The notes under the pieces: generated by a model | The model's database searches: none | The model's input: only the letters and a program-made list of their open reading frames with translations | What the model was told of the DNA's origin: nothing | Translations under genes and position numbers: made by a program | In this document: positions 25,026 to 38,871 of the stretch, piece after piece | How positions within the stretch are numbered: position 1 is the stretch's first letter | How the letters are laid out: the number at the start of each line of letters is the position of its first letter | DNA from: Chiloscyllium plagiosum | Lineage: Eukaryota | Direction: 5' to 3' | NCBI RefSeq assembly: GCF_004010195.1 | Contig: NC_057717.1 | Location: 105,917,804-105,981,803, forward strand | DNA length: 64,000 bases

Positions 25026-25371
25026 GTGGGTGTGTCCTGTGAACCTTGGCAGGAGAATATATTCAGTACTACATTGCTTATTGCTGAGTGAGACGAAGAG
25101 TCCCTTCTTAGTTTCACAACAGCAACATAAGTTGGAAAATAAGTTCCTCTTTTCTTCCAGATATTTTACTTATGTTTTTACTTGTATCATATGGTGGGAG
25201 TATTGAATAACATGGTAAATTTACGTTACTGTTTCCAGGACAGTGACAGGAGGGTCAGTAATCAGAGGGCACTAATTGAAGGTGAATGGCAAAGGAGCCA
25301 GAGGACACTTAGTTTTCACACCGTGAGCTCTTGTCATCTGGATGCAATCTGATTCCACAGTAACAGTTAAC

Positions 25372-25880
25372 GAAAGCAAGCATGCAGGTACAGCAGGCAG
25401 TGAAGAAAGCTAATAGCATGCTAGCCTTCATAACAAGAGGGATTGAGTATAGAAGCAAAGAGGTTCTTCTGCAGCTGTACAGGGCCCTGGTGAGACCACA
25501 CCTGGAGTACTGTGTGCATAAGATTATTAAAGGATTGGACACTCTGGAAGCAGGAAGCATGTTTCCGCTGATGGGTGAGTCCCGAACCAGAGGACACAGT
25601 TTAAAAATAAGGGGTAGGCCACTTAGAACAGAGTTGAAGAGAAACATCTTCACCCAGAGAGTGGTGGGTGTGTGGAATGCTCTGCCCCAGAAGGCGGTGG
25701 AGGCCCACTCTCTGGATACTTTCAAGAAAGAATTGGATAGAGCTCGTAAAGATAATGGAATCAAGGGTCATGGGGATAAGGCAGGAACAGGATACTGATT
25801 GAGGATGATCAGCCATGATCATAATAGTGGTACTGGCTCGAAGGGCAGAATGGCCTACTCCTGTACCTACTGTCTATAAC
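25372..25880 (+). mobile_element. CR1 LINE 3' fragment with internal deletion
   Basis: ORF QVQQAVKKANSMLAFITRGIEYRSKEVLLQLYRALVRPHLEYCV joined directly to HKIIKGLD...FTQRVVGVWNALP. Confidence 0.9.
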
Positions 25881-27437
25881 ATGAGCTCAATACATGAAGG
25901 GAAACAAAGTCAGGGCACTGCAGAAGGCTAATTGGTTGGAATATATAGGCATGGCAGACTGAATGGCCTCAGAGTTTCCTGAGTCATGTGATTGCAGCTG
26001 TTCTTCATTGGCCTGACCAGTTGCATGAATAATCAACTTCTCAAGCCACTGTCTCCCCTGAATTCTCCATTTGGCTGTTCCTGGTTGCCAGAACATCTGC
26101 CTACTAAACTGAGATGGGCCGACCTTCTCCGAGCCGGGCTGGTTTGTGTTGAATTGAAGGGCCCTCTAAGTATGTGTTTACACAGTACACAGCAAACTCA
26201 AAGCCAAACACACTTGAGTTTGTTATGGGTATCAGCACTGCTTATCGCTACCATTAGAGCTCCTCTAGCCTTTGGGAGGGTGACTCGTGGTGATAGCCCA
26301 AGGCAAATTTCTTCTTTGGGTTTTTCCCCCGTTCCAGTAATGAAGTAAATTTTTGGGGAATTTGTTTCTCTGTAGGCAGAGAGGATGGTATAAAATAGAC
26401 TAAAGTACCAGCTTCGACATTCCGCGTTGAGGGGCTGTAATTGGATTTATTTCCTGGAGCACTAGTCATCTAACATTCAGTTCCTCATGCTCGGAACATC
26501 TCTGATAGAACATCCTTCCACATAGGTTTGAAGAATTCAGTATATTTCGAGTGTTTATTTGTGCAACACTTGTCAGAAAAGGACAGGTGTTGATTCATAG
26601 CTCCCGCCATCCCAATTGACTAAGAGCTGGTAATGATGTTTTCTCCGAAAATCAGTCACATTTGCAGAGCAGCGTTTGTGACCTCAGGATGCCCTGAAGT
26701 ACCTCTCAGCTGCTGTGCACTGTAGCTGTGTTGGGGAAATAACAACTGAGTCTCCCACAGCAATGAGATAAATAACCAGGTTATCTGGACTGGTAAGGTA
26801 GTTTGAATATTGACCAGGGCACCAGATGAATGCCTTTGCTGTGGTTATGAGAGTTTAATGGAATCTTTTCCATTTAGCTGAGGGGACAGAGGAGCCACAG
26901 TTTATTTGAAAAGTTGCAGCACATTACATTGCAGCATTTCCTCGATACTGCACTGAATTGTCAGTCTAGATTTTATTTTCAGTTCTGTGGAACACGGTTT
27001 GAGCTTGGTTTCCCAGCACAAGGCAAGAACATCACTATTGGGTCATTGCTGATACCTTTGCCTAACTTCTCGACTAGAGTCCGAGCTGCGAGTGGGACCA
27101 AGGTGACAAAGTGACATTCTCGTATGAATAACTGACCACATGGCAGTGCAGTGATGTTGAATGTTACTGTGTGTCACAATGAAAGGAGTGACTGATTGCT
27201 TGCTTAATGGATCTGAAGCCTTCATTTGTTTTAAATGTTTTGTTTCTCAGATATTTTCAAGTAAGGTTTTGGACACTCCAAGTTTGAATCCTGCAAATAT
27301 TGTGCTCAGTGATCAGGTACTGATATTAGAGGGGCTGGTGATCAGTGTTCTGCAGTACGTTATATTTTACATGATCGTTCTGGAATGCTTCCTGTGGCAA
27401 TGTGGAAATTGGCAATTTTTATTTCCTTCTGAGGCAG

Positions 27438-27583
27438 TGTACAAAGGTGACGTGGTGAATCTCTGTGAGACACCGTTAAAGGGTGGGAAGGCTCCTGGTT
27501 CGGATTGGAAGTCTGTCATCATCCTGGTACCTGTTCGACTTGGAGGAGAGAACCTCAATCCAGTGTACATGCAGTGTGTGAAG
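27438..27583 (+). CDS. ATG4D: ATG4D coding exon 6
   Basis: VYKGDVV...[26 protein letters not shown]; donor gtaggc. Confidence 0.95.
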
Positions 27584-27875
27584 GTAGGCAAGGAATCTAG
27601 AATGATTGCGTTAGTAGGTTCAGTGCTTAATGTTTCACTAGTGCACGAAGAGTGGCTGTCACTCATTTTGCTCTTTAAATGCAAAGTTTTTGCATCAGCA
27701 ACAACCTCTAGCATTCTCTTTGCTCTCAGTGTTCTTCTCTTTCTCCTGTTGGTATCCAGCTCTTTACTGGTGTGTTGAAATGTGTCTTCCTGTCCACCGT
27801 TTCATGTAGCCTTGCTAAGCACATAGCACAACAGCGTGCCAGGCATCTAATCTAATCCATGTTGGTTTATTTCAG

Positions 27876-27954
27876 GAGATTCTGAAGCTTGAGTGTTGCA
27901 TTGGAATCATTGGTGGGAAACCGAAACACTCCCTTTACTTCATTGGCTTTCAAG
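27876..27954 (+). CDS. ATG4D: ATG4D coding exon 7
   Basis: EILKLECCIGIIGGKPKHSLYFIGFQ; canonical ag/gt. Confidence 0.95.
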
Positions 27955-28884
27955 GTAGGTCTTCGAGTAGAGGCGGTGTGTTTGTCCAGAGTTGCAGGTA
28001 GAGGAAAATGATTGGCAAGGAGAGTAAAGAGTTGTTTGTGAATGAGCATCTTTTAATGATCTGTTACTGTGAGTGAGTTGTAAACTGGGATTGTAATGTT
28101 GAGACTATTGAGTGTGAATGATAATCACTGTAGTTAGGAAATAGGCTGTGATAAATGTTGAAGAGTTAAGCTCATCGTTGATACTCAGAGTTGGTTAAAG
28201 AGAAGGAGACTTTGAAGTAGGATCAGAGGGAAAAGGAATAGGATAATATTTCTTATTTGTAAGAAGCACTGGCTCAGTGAATAGATGATGCAGTTCATTG
28301 TTACCTGGATTCTGTGGGGCTGCCCGAGCTACAAATCTTTCCACAAACCTTGAAATTTCATCATTGTGCACATCTGTCTGAAACAGTGCGTATGGGGTTG
28401 CTACAGTCTTTGATAATGAACCTGATAGCTTCCTGAGAGAACAGAATGTTGCCTGCCTAACATGACACCATTTAAATGGTGATGTCTCACAGGAAGTTTC
28501 CACAAGTTTCCAAGCACAGGCCACCGGTTTCCCTTTGTTTATTTTTATGTTGTTCCTGGGAATCAGTGCAATGAGGGATGGGCTCAGGAATGGCTAGGCC
28601 TGATTGGGGTGAGGTGGATTTGGCTCTGATCCTGAAAAGGAAACCCCCCAGGTTCAACGCTGAGACTTGGCCGCAGTGCCCTGTTTCAACCCGAGTAAAG
28701 GGCTTTCCTTACCTGTGACTCCAGGTGAGTGTGCAGGTAGGCTGTGACTACCCACTGCCAGATCTCTCCTCGGTCCTCAGTATCTGCATCATTTCCGAAG
28801 ATGGATCAATTGGGTGAGATCAAGGTGTTGTTAGCACACTAGATAAAGAGAAACAAGAAGTAAATGGTTTTTGATTTCAACAGT

Positions 28885-29940
28885 AGAAAGGCAAGGACTG
28901 ATTAGGGATAGTCAACATGGCTTTGTGCGTGGGAAATCATGTCTCTCAAACTTGATTGAGTTTTTTGAAGAAGTAACAAAGAAGATTGAGGGCAGAGCAG
29001 TAAATGTGATCTATATGGACTTCAGTAAGGCGTTCGACAAGGNNNNNNNNNNNNNNNNNNNNNNNNNNNNNNNNNNNNNNNNNNNNNNNNNNNNNNNNNN
29101 NNNNNNNNNNNNNNNNNNNNNNNNNNNNNNNNNNNNNNNNNNNNNNNNNNNNNNNNNNNNNNNNNNNNNNNNNNNNNNNNNNNNNNNNNNNNNNNNNNNN
29201 NNNNNNNNNNNNNNNNNNNNNNNNNNNNNNNNNNNNNNNNNNNNNNNNNNNNNNNNNNNNNNNNNNNNNNNNNNNNNNNNNNNNNNNNNNNNNNNNNNNN
29301 NNNNNNNNNNNNNNNNNNNNNNNNNNNNNNNNNNNNNNNNNNNNNNNNNNNNNNNNNNNNNNNNNNNNNNNNNNNNNNNNNNNNNNNNNNNNNNNNNNNN
29401 NNNNNNNNNNNNNNNNNNNNNNNNNNNNNNNNNNNNNNNNNNNNNNNNNNNNNNNNNNNNNNNNNNNNNNNNNNNNNNNNNNNNNNNNNNNNNNNNNNNN
29501 NNNNNNNNNNNNNNNNNNNNNNNNNNNNNNNNNNNNNNNNNNNNNNNNNNNNNNNNNNNNNNNNNNNNNNNNNNNNNNNNNNNNNNNNNNNNNNNNNNNN
29601 NNNNNNNNNNNNNNNNNNNNNNNNNNNNNNNNNNNNNNNNNNNNNNNNNNNNNNNNNNNNNNNNNNNNNNNNNNNNNNNNNNNNNNNNNNNNNNNNNNNN
29701 NNNNNNNNNNCCTAAGGGGCAACTTTTTCACGCAAAGGGTGGTACATGTATGGAATAAGCTGCCAGAGGAAATGGTGGAGGCTGGTACAATTGCAACATT
29801 TAAGAGGCATTTGGATGGGTATATGAATAGGAAGGGTTTGGAGGGATATGGGCCGGGTGCTGGCGGTTGGGATATCTGGTTGGCATGGACGGGTTGGACC
29901 GAAGGGTCTGTTTCCATGCTGTACATCTCTATGACTCTGT
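28885..29940 (+). mobile_element. CR1 LINE spanning an assembly gap
   Basis: SQHGFVRGKSCLSNLIEFFEEVT...YMDFSKAFDK before the gap and a CR1 3' end after it. Confidence 0.9.
29043..29710. other. Assembly gap (N)
   Basis: Run of n inside a CR1. Confidence 1.
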
Positions 29941-30156
29941 AAGTGGGACACAGCCTGTGCTCAGTGCATATACATGAGTCATGCAATAGTCATCAGGAAC
30001 ATTTAGTTTTTAGTCCCTTTCCTTCCTCCAGGCCTAGGAGTACTGAGCACTTTCGTTGTCCCTAAAGCTATGCTCGCTGAGAATACTGTCATCTTCAGTG
30101 GATGCCTGAGTCATAATGAAACAGCAAATGAAGTAATTAGTGTCATCATTTTGCAG

Positions 30157-30233
30157 ATGATTTCCTGCTGTATTTGGACCCTCACTATTGCCAGCCTGTT
30201 GTGGATGTAACTAAGCATGACTTTCAGTTGGAG
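30157..30233 (+). CDS. ATG4D: ATG4D coding exon 8 (catalytic Asp/His, DPH)
   Basis: [26 protein letters not shown]; donor gtaagt. Confidence 0.95.
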
Positions 30234-32031
30234 GTAAGTAGGGTTATGCTGTTAATGTGGGCTGGATCAGTGTCAAGAGCTCTGTCTCTCTGTGTGGTGT
30301 ATATCTCTGTGTCTCAGTGCCTTATGATTGCAGGACAAAGTAGACATATACGTATTGAGAGCATCAGGTTTAACGTTAGAAGGATGAATTTCTTGGTAAA
30401 ATCTGTTGTATCTCTTTACTTAGGTAACTGCATTATCATCATAGAGGCACTTGGTGGACATGAATTGACCAGTCGGCTGAAATATCACTCAGTGGGGATG
30501 GAAACTCTTATACACATCACAGATGCTGGCTATGGGACATTGCAGCACCAGCTTCCTGTGCTCTGATGTTTTGGTCTTACCAGCTTGGACGATAGAGTAA
30601 AGTGGGCTTTACACTCTTACCAATCCTCCAGCAGCCTTGGGGAAAATTTCAGGAGCATTTATATTTCTCAAACCTTGCCCAATTATTGCTTTGTGTTGAG
30701 TTTTATTCTGGCTTCATTGGATTGAGAATTAAAAGGGGGAAATGCCCAATAAGATTTCACTGACAGATCTTGACTGAATGAGGTTTAACTAAGGTGCCCC
30801 CAGCCCACTTAGACGTTGAGTGCCCGAAGTAACTGGTCCTAGGATCCTTGTCATTTCGACTAAACCATATTAAGAACAGTTGCCTTCTAGGGAGAAGGAT
30901 GAAGTGAGGTCTCAACTGACCACTTTTTTTTTTGAAAAAAAATTCTATCAAAGGAACCGGCTATATTTATTGCAAATGAACATCTTCCCATAGTGTTGGT
31001 AGGGAAGTTCTACACTGTTGACCTAACCACTGTATTTCGATGTTAGTACGGTTTGTGACTGGAAGTGGAAATGCTGGCTTTCCTGTCTTGGCCTTGTCCT
31101 TCTGGCTGATAGAGGTCACAGGTTTAAGATGTGAGTTACAAGAAGACTTCTCCAGTGAATATTCCCCACCTCCTCCTCCAGCCCACTGACTGCTAATTCT
31201 GATGACAATCCTATGCTGATATTAGAAATGTTTTACTTTCCCTCCTAATGCTTTTTGTATGGCCAGAGTCTTGAATCCTTTTGTCCAGTAGACCAGATCC
31301 ACGAGACAGTGCTTGTGGTTTGGAGAAGTGAGCACTGATTAACAGACACATGTCTGAATCTATTAGATGTAGATTAATCGTATCACAAGATACTGAAGGT
31401 AATGAAACTTGGATTTCCGTTTTTAAAAAAGTACTGGTTGTTGTGCTATCTGCGTGTTCCATCAATGCAAATTTGCTGTAACCTAATTGACAAATAGCAC
31501 GCACTATTTCTAAAGCACAAACGTTTAAAATGTGTGCTGGGTATAGCATGATTGGATTGCCAACACTGTAATGTGGCATTCTTGTATAGTACGGGGTTGC
31601 ACAGGAACATGACTGTCACACTAGAGAAGAAATGACTAATCCTTCTCTCCATCCTGTCCTGAAAGCGCACAGATCTTCTTGGAATGCTACTCAGCCAAGA
31701 GAAGGCTGCCTTCCCATATCAAACCAGCATTGTTCAGCATTCACACATGCAAATGCCAGCATTGTTCACCTGTTTGGGCAGCGCAGTTGTCCCAATGTTC
31801 ACCCACTCTGCATTGATCAGCTAAGCTCACGATTAATTTCTGTACTGTCCAGTCTTACCCTCTTCAATCAAGAGAGGCATGTTGGAGGAAGCTTGAACTG
31901 ATGTTCTTGCAGATGTCATAGTCCGCCGAATGTGTATTGAAAGGCCTGGTTGGATATTAGAAGGAGGCTGAATTATTTCAGTTAAAAACAAAGCTGTTTC
32001 TCAATGAGCATGTTTTCTTTTCCCCCCACAG

Positions 32032-32151
32032 TCATTTCATTGCATCTCTCCAAGAAAGCTGTCCTTCAGTAAGATGGATCCCAGCTGTACTATAGGGTTT
32101 TATGCAAGGACTAAGGAAGACTTTGAAAACTTGTGTAAAACTGTCACAATG
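32032..32151 (+). CDS. ATG4D: ATG4D coding exon 9
   Basis: [40 protein letters not shown]; donor gtgagt. Confidence 0.95.
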
Positions 32152-32864
32152 GTGAGTGTCACTTCATTCTGAGCAGTAAGTCTGTTTCACATCCTTTGTT
32201 CCTGATTGAAATTGTGCATGAGGAAATGAAATGTGCTAAATGCTGCGATAGTAGCTCAGTAACATGCAATATACAGAACTAAGAATAACCTTTAGCATCT
32301 TTGTTTCTGTGTTGCTTCTAATAATGTGCCAGAGATGTCTTATGGTATTTTTACATTCATTGTGGGACATAGGTGTCACTGACTATGAGTAACCCTTGAA
32401 ACATGGTCCAATCCATCGCACCAGATGAGTCTGGCACAGGAGAAGGATCAACTTGACAAAGATAACTGCACACTGATATTCTTGGAGCGTGCGATGGGCC
32501 TGGGAAATCAGCCTGCAGTGCTGGATAGGGTTCCGCAAGGGAGGCTGCTAGTTAAACTCTACGCTGTGGAGAATTGGGGCGTAACTTGAGGGGTTAGCTG
32601 TAGGAAACAATAGATACCATTAGAGGAAATATTATTGAGTTCTGATGGAGAGGAGTATTGAACTGGGAACCTGTGCTCTGTGTTGATTGTCAGGGACATG
32701 GATTCAGGAGCAGTATATCAATGATAAACTGTACCACAGTCACAGACAGTTGAATCAAATTACTGATGAACAAAATGCATACATGGACAGAATAATGGTA
32801 GGTGAAATTTAACATTGCAAAGCAGGATGGGATAACTAACCACATGAATATGATGGAAAACTGT

Positions 32865-34265
32865 AAACATAGAACATTACAGCGCAGTACAGGCCCTTCG
32901 GCCCTCAGTGTTGCACCGCCATGTAAAACCAATCCAAAGCCCATCTAACCGACACTATTCCATTTTCATCCATGTGTCTATCCAACGACCATTAAATGCC
33001 TGTAAGGTTGGCGAGTCTGCTCCTGTTGCAGGCAGTGCACTCCACATCCCAACTCAGGCGACTGACTGACTGTGTGGAGTTTGCACATTCTCCCCGTGTC
33101 TGCGTGGGTTTCCTATATCTATCACCCCTCAATTTAAAGCTATGTCCCCTCGTGCTAGCCATCGCCATCCAAGGAAAAAGACTCTCACTGTCCATCCTAT
33201 CTAACCCTTTGATTTGTCTTAAGTCTCAATTAAGTCACCTTTCAACCTTCTGTCTAGCGAAAACAGCCTCATGTCCCTCAGCCTTTCCTTGTAAAGCTTT
33301 CTCTCTGTACTAGGCAACACTCTATAAATCTCCCCTGAACCTTTTCCAAAGCTTCCACACCCTTCCATTAAAGCAGTGATCAGAACTGTACGCAATACTC
33401 CAAATGTGGCCGTACCAGAGTTTTGTACAGCTGCAGCATGATGTTGTGGCTCCAAAACTCAATCTCTCTACCAATAAAAGCTAACACACTGTATACCTTC
33501 TTAATAGCCCTATCAACCTGGGTGGCAACTTTCAGGGATGTATGTACATGGACACTGAGATTTCTCTGCTCATCTGAACTATCAAGAAACTTACCATTAA
33601 CCCAGTACTCTGAATTCCTGATGCTCCTTACAAAGTGAATCACCTCTCACTTTTCTGCATTAAAATCCATTTGCCACCTCTCAACCCAGCTCTGTAGCTT
33701 ACCTATGTCCCTCTGTAACCTTAAACATCCTTCAGTACTATGCACACTGTACTGACCGTAGTGTTGTCCACAAATTTACTAACAGCTCCTCCTTGTGAAC
33801 CTCAGTCCCATTTAGACTCATAGTCTGTTTCTAAGTATTCTCCTTGACCACATTGTGTTTTAGCAGTGTGAATACTGATGAAAAATATTCACTTAGTGTT
33901 TCCCCCATCTCCTCTGACTCCATGCACAACTTCCCACTAATGTCCTTGATTGGTCCTAACCTTACTCTAGTCATTCTTTTATCCCTTCTATACCTATAGA
34001 AAGCTTTAAGGTTTTCCCTGACCCTATACATCAATAAGTTCTCATGTCCCCTCCTCATTCATCTTAGCTCACCCTTTCAATCTTTCCTGGCTACCTTGTA
34101 ACTCTTAATCACCCTAACTGAGCCTTTTACATCTCACCCTAACACAAGCTGCCGCCTTCCTCTTGACAAGAGATTCAACTTCCTTGGTAAACAACTGCTC
34201 CTGCGCTCACAACTTCCAACAGGTACATACTTATCAAGGACACACAGTAGCTGTTCCTTGAATAA
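32865..34265 (-). mobile_element. CR1 LINE fragments
   Basis: LQLYKTLVRPHLEYCVQF and RVRENLKAFYRY ORF pieces. Confidence 0.88.
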
Positions 34266-35224
34266 AGGATGAACCCAAGAGAGACCCAGGAACCTGAGCA
34301 GGTTATGATTATGTTCTATATTACAAACTAATACAGAATAGCATTTAATAAAGTCATCAGGTTTTTGACCTACACTTGCAGAACAGCACAACACAACCTG
34401 ACCAAAATGGTGATCAAACCGTATAGGACTGTGATCATGTGACACTAAGCAGAATCCAGTTCTTGTCACTGAAATGGGGGATATTCATGGTCTGCAGGAT
34501 TTGAAAAGAAAGAAACACTGGACATGGGTTAGTGTCAGGGATCTGGGATGTGTGTTAAGCCAAGAGAAATGTGGAATCTTCAGCCTGGGACTGAAACATT
34601 TGAAAGATCTTTATTAACAAATGTAAGGTGGGTTTTTATTTTAAAAAAAGTTAATCTAAAACATCACAAATTGATTGAGATTCAAATCAGGACACGGGTT
34701 TAAACTTGGAAAGTGACATTAAGCGGTGGTTTCACACTCTCAGGAGTAGTTTGAGATCCAAACCCAGCAGGTATTTGCAGAGTTACCTGATACAGCAAAT
34801 GAGGGACTGCAAAGTGTTTCTGTACAAATGAATTAAGTTGGGACAAAATAACCTCATCAATAAATATCTTGCAAATCTCTAGTCAAATGGAGCCACTGTG
34901 TGGGGTCCTGCCCCCATCTGTTTAGTCTGTTATGGACCAGGCCAGCAGTGGGGACAAAACCAAGGACAACGTAACCTTGTTAAAGGAGCAGCTTCATCAC
35001 CAGTCAATTCCCAGAGTTACTGCCAGCTGTCATGGAGGTTAACCCATCACCTGCTCATTTCCTCACTTTGTGGGGGAATGGGGAATGGTGTTGGAAATTC
35101 ATCCAATGTTGCCAATATCACTAAAAGGCAGCTCCTTTTAAGTAGTTGGTTATTGACCCTAAATCACTTCTCTGTCAGCTTGACTGCATCGGGTGATCTC
35201 GTATTTTGTATTTTGTTTTTTTAG

Positions 35225-35407
35225 GTGTTGGGCTCCTCATCGTTGAAGGAGAAATACCCTATTTTCACGTTTGCAAGGGGCTGTGCTCAGGATTATGGTC
35301 TGGATGAACTCTGCACACTCAAACCGGATAAAACTGTGCTAATCTCCAAATCTGGAAGACCAGGGAAGTCAAAGCAGAACAGCACTGATGAATTTGTCTT
35401 TCTGTGA
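35225..35407 (+). CDS. ATG4D: ATG4D last coding exon with C-terminal LIR (DEFVFL)
   Basis: VLGSSSLKEKYPIFTF...STDEFVFL*. The ten exon lengths sum to 1575 nt, in frame. Confidence 0.95.
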   Translation: MLGSSSLKEKYPIFTFARGCAQDYGLDELCTLKPDKTVLISKSGRPGKSKQNSTDEFVFL

Positions 35408-36137
35408 TGAGCAAATGGACTCCATTAGATATCTGTGCCTGCTGTATTTCAGCAGGGCTGAAACTGGGAGCCTCGTGGAGTGTTCCTTTTATTTATATTC
35501 TGTTGTCTTTCCAGGAAGGGGATGGTCCCCTGAGGGGAGACCACCTCTTCTCTTGGTGACTGGGATTAGCGCTGTTCCTGACCAAGCAGCATTTGATTGG
35601 GTTTTCTTTCTTTTCTTTTGTGGCAGTGCTAGTGCTGCGCAAGTCTGTTACGGATTAGTTTTTGGGCAAGTTGTCGATTGCAAGCTGAGTAACACTGTTT
35701 GTAGTAAAATCTGATACGGGTATCCCAAAAGGCCCACCTGTTGCTACATTGTGTAGGATGATGTTCATGAGGGTAGGAGTAGTCCGGTGACAGCAGTCCT
35801 TCAGCTCACCAGCTCAGTGTGTGAGCCCGAATTGTCAATGGCAGGGCTGGAGGATTGCCAGGCATTGGAGCTGAATCCAGTGTTCTTCATAATTTGAGGA
35901 GATCAAATCCTAGTTGAGGCTGGGAATCCTGAATCGTGGCTCTTCCTAGCGTCTAACAATTGGGTACAAATGTTCCCTCAGCACAGAATCAACCAAGTCC
36001 ATCTTCAATGTGAATGTTTTTCCACTGTTTCTCCCAGGGAGGTACAGCCATCAGCTGAAAGGGGAGGACTGTGTTGCTTCACTACATTGTGTGTATTTGC
36101 TGTGGCACACAGAAATCCTTTCAGACCAGTCACTCAA

Positions 36138-36157
36138 GTGTGTGTGTGTGTGTGTGT
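36138..36157. repeat. (GT)n microsatellite
   Basis: Directly visible, about 10 units. Confidence 0.9.
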
Positions 36158-38713
36158 TCAGGTTGGTGGGTCTGCGACATTCCTTTAGAATTTTCTGAAG
36201 ACTCTACTAACTGGCCTACACATTCTGTTTAAACATTGACATTCTTGTGATCTGAATCTTCTTAGTGTCTTTGGAGCCACTCTCAGGAGTGAAATCTTTC
36301 AATCTGAAAGATTGCGATTAACATGAATAATTTTGCATTGAACGGGAGAAAGATCAGAACCAGCATTGTTGTTAAACCTGCCCTCCCATTGTGCCAAATC
36401 CAACCACACACAATTCTTTGGGAACATCAAGTGACAAAGGTCAATGCAAGGAAGAGTTGGATGAGGCACCTTTCACCTCTGCGGCCTACATTCAAATTTG
36501 TAACCAGGTGATGGGATGGAAGTGGCTGCTTTCTGCAGCCATCCTCTGCGTAAGAAGCTTTGACTAGCCACAAGGTTGAACACTATTTGATGCTCAGGCA
36601 CAGGGTGTGGAAATGGAAAAGACCAGTGTCCGATAGGTGCTCTCCTGTGGTTCATATTCGGGCACAAAATTGGAATAGAAAAGACCTTTGTTCTGTACTA
36701 ACCCATACTGGACCGAACAGCTTCCAGTCTGTGAACATGAGATGGTCATAAAGCAAAGTCTGATCCCTGTATGACCTGCAAATCCAGCACTGCTACCTAA
36801 CTCAAACCAGCAGTGTCCCCCCTTTCTTTATGAATTGATCAAACAAATAATAGCTGGTTTAATGCAAAGTTTATTTCTCATCCAATCCAATTCCTGTATT
36901 GTGGTTATTTGTGTTTTGGAAAACGCTGGTTCATTTGAAATATAGCTGTGTTTATGTCCTTGTATCTACACCCTCTCGGCCTACTGTCTCTTCACCCCCT
37001 GCCCCTAGAGGATGACTGTTTGCATGCTTGTATAGTACTGTCAATGTTTGCTGGTAGGATTTCCTGCATTAGTGTAATTTGACAGAAACATAACTGGTCT
37101 GGGATTATTTGCCTCTGACAGTTCCCCTCGGGTAATGTAAACATGTGAAAAGTACCAAATTGACCCTCCAGTTAAATTAGGAGACCTTACTTTAAAATCA
37201 TTTTTATTTCTGACCGGGAATCTCAGTGCAGCAGTTTTCTGGTTTGTTCCATAGCTCTTGGTTTTACATGCTTCCTAATATGTTTGTAACCAGAAGCTGA
37301 TGGGCCTACTGGGGTGCAGTGGGGATTTTAGAATAATGTTTGGAAACTTGAGTATTGCTGGACAGATTGCTAACTCACCTCTGCTTTTCCTTTAGAGAAT
37401 CCCCATGTTTTATTTGCACTTGCTAAAGAATATCACACATTGTTTGTAATTAGCAACAAATTGACTTTACTTCCTCTGGACCTGGTAGTGATTTGCATTA
37501 ATATCTCTCGGTCCATTCCAGCTACTGAAGATTTTGCTATTATTAATGGACTACTAGTGTTTTCATCCAAACAATATGATAATTATTGGTTTTCTTTGGA
37601 AGTCTTTGTAATACCGCTGTGTAAAGAGGAAGCTATCAAAGCCAGATCCTGTCTTTGGGAATGTTTCTTTGCTGAAAGAGTTGGGCTCCTTGGAGATAGG
37701 ATCAAGAGCAACTTGCAAGGACTTGAGGGTCTGGGAGGGGTTCTGGCCAGATCAGGAAAGGCTCCCACTTCAAGATGATCCAGAGATTGGAGATGTTCAA
37801 GTTGCCAAACAAAACCAGGAAAGCCCAGTGTAATCTTACTGTCACCTCTTCATCTGGTGCATAGCCTTTAGTATTGCTGTTGGAAAACCTTTTTGATATC
37901 AATATTTACCTCTATTCACTAAATTTATTCATTGTTGCATTTCAGTCTCCCACGAGAAAAACACTGGCAAAGCCTTCATTAGAGAAGGGCTGCCAGTCTA
38001 ACTTTTGCGATGTTTGTCTATTCTCAAATAATTTCTTCCCCTTTTCTTGGGGGTTGGTCGAGAAAGGAGGGACTTCTATCAGTTTGCAGAATAATTTCAG
38101 CAATATATTTTTGAGAAGCCATTTATGTTGCATGTCTTTAATTCTTGAAGACTTTGAATAGTAATAGGAAGTTGAAAGCCTATGTAGGTTTCAGTAGCCT
38201 GCTTTTCTGTGATTCTGGTCATACACCTTCCTACTGTAACTGGAGTGTTAGTGAAGAAGTTATTACAGTTTCGCTGCTCCCATTGAGAGTTCCTAATGGG
38301 TGTGGCTTACTGTGGGGTATGCAGGGCACTTAAATTTAGAATTGGTGCCAAGGGTTGGAGGGGACATGTTTAGTTCTGGATGTGTTATAACCTTCCTAAA
38401 CAAACTCAAATATGTAGTCAGTAACTCAGTTCTTTTCTGATTACCTTGACTATTTCCATAACATCCAGGTCCTTTTATTGGTTGTCGGTGTTGGGTTGGA
38501 CTGCCAGATGTATGTAAACACTCCTGACTTACTGAAACTGTGCTGCCTGTATGCTGACTCAGTACACAAAGATGTTCAGTTAGTTCTGGGAGAACCAGCT
38601 CTACCTGCCTTTCATCAATTCACTGGAGTTTGTCACCTGCCCTAATGTGGAATAATTATATCCTTGAATCTCAGTCCATCTAGAGAATAAGTTAAATTCC
38701 TTCTGTCTTGAAT

Positions 38714-38871
38714 GAAGTGGATGTGTCATTATCCAACTGGGGTGGACAAGGTCAGAAGTCGCACGACACCAGGTTATAGTCCAACAAATTTATTTGAAAT
38801 CACCAAGCTCTGAGTTTGTGATTTCAAATGAACCTGTTGGACTAGAAACCTGGTGTTGTGTAACTTCTGAC
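38714..38871. mobile_element. Head-to-head inverted Penelope pLTR insertion (family C) with 13-bp TSD
   Basis: Arms 38751-38803 and 38818-38871 are imperfect reverse complements. TSD ttctgtcttgaat at 38701-38713 and 38872-38884. Confidence 0.8.

Noticed and set aside
27161..27778. 205-aa hydrophobic ORF
   Set aside because: Only 27438-27583 is ATG4D exon; the rest is intronic read-through bounded by splice sites.
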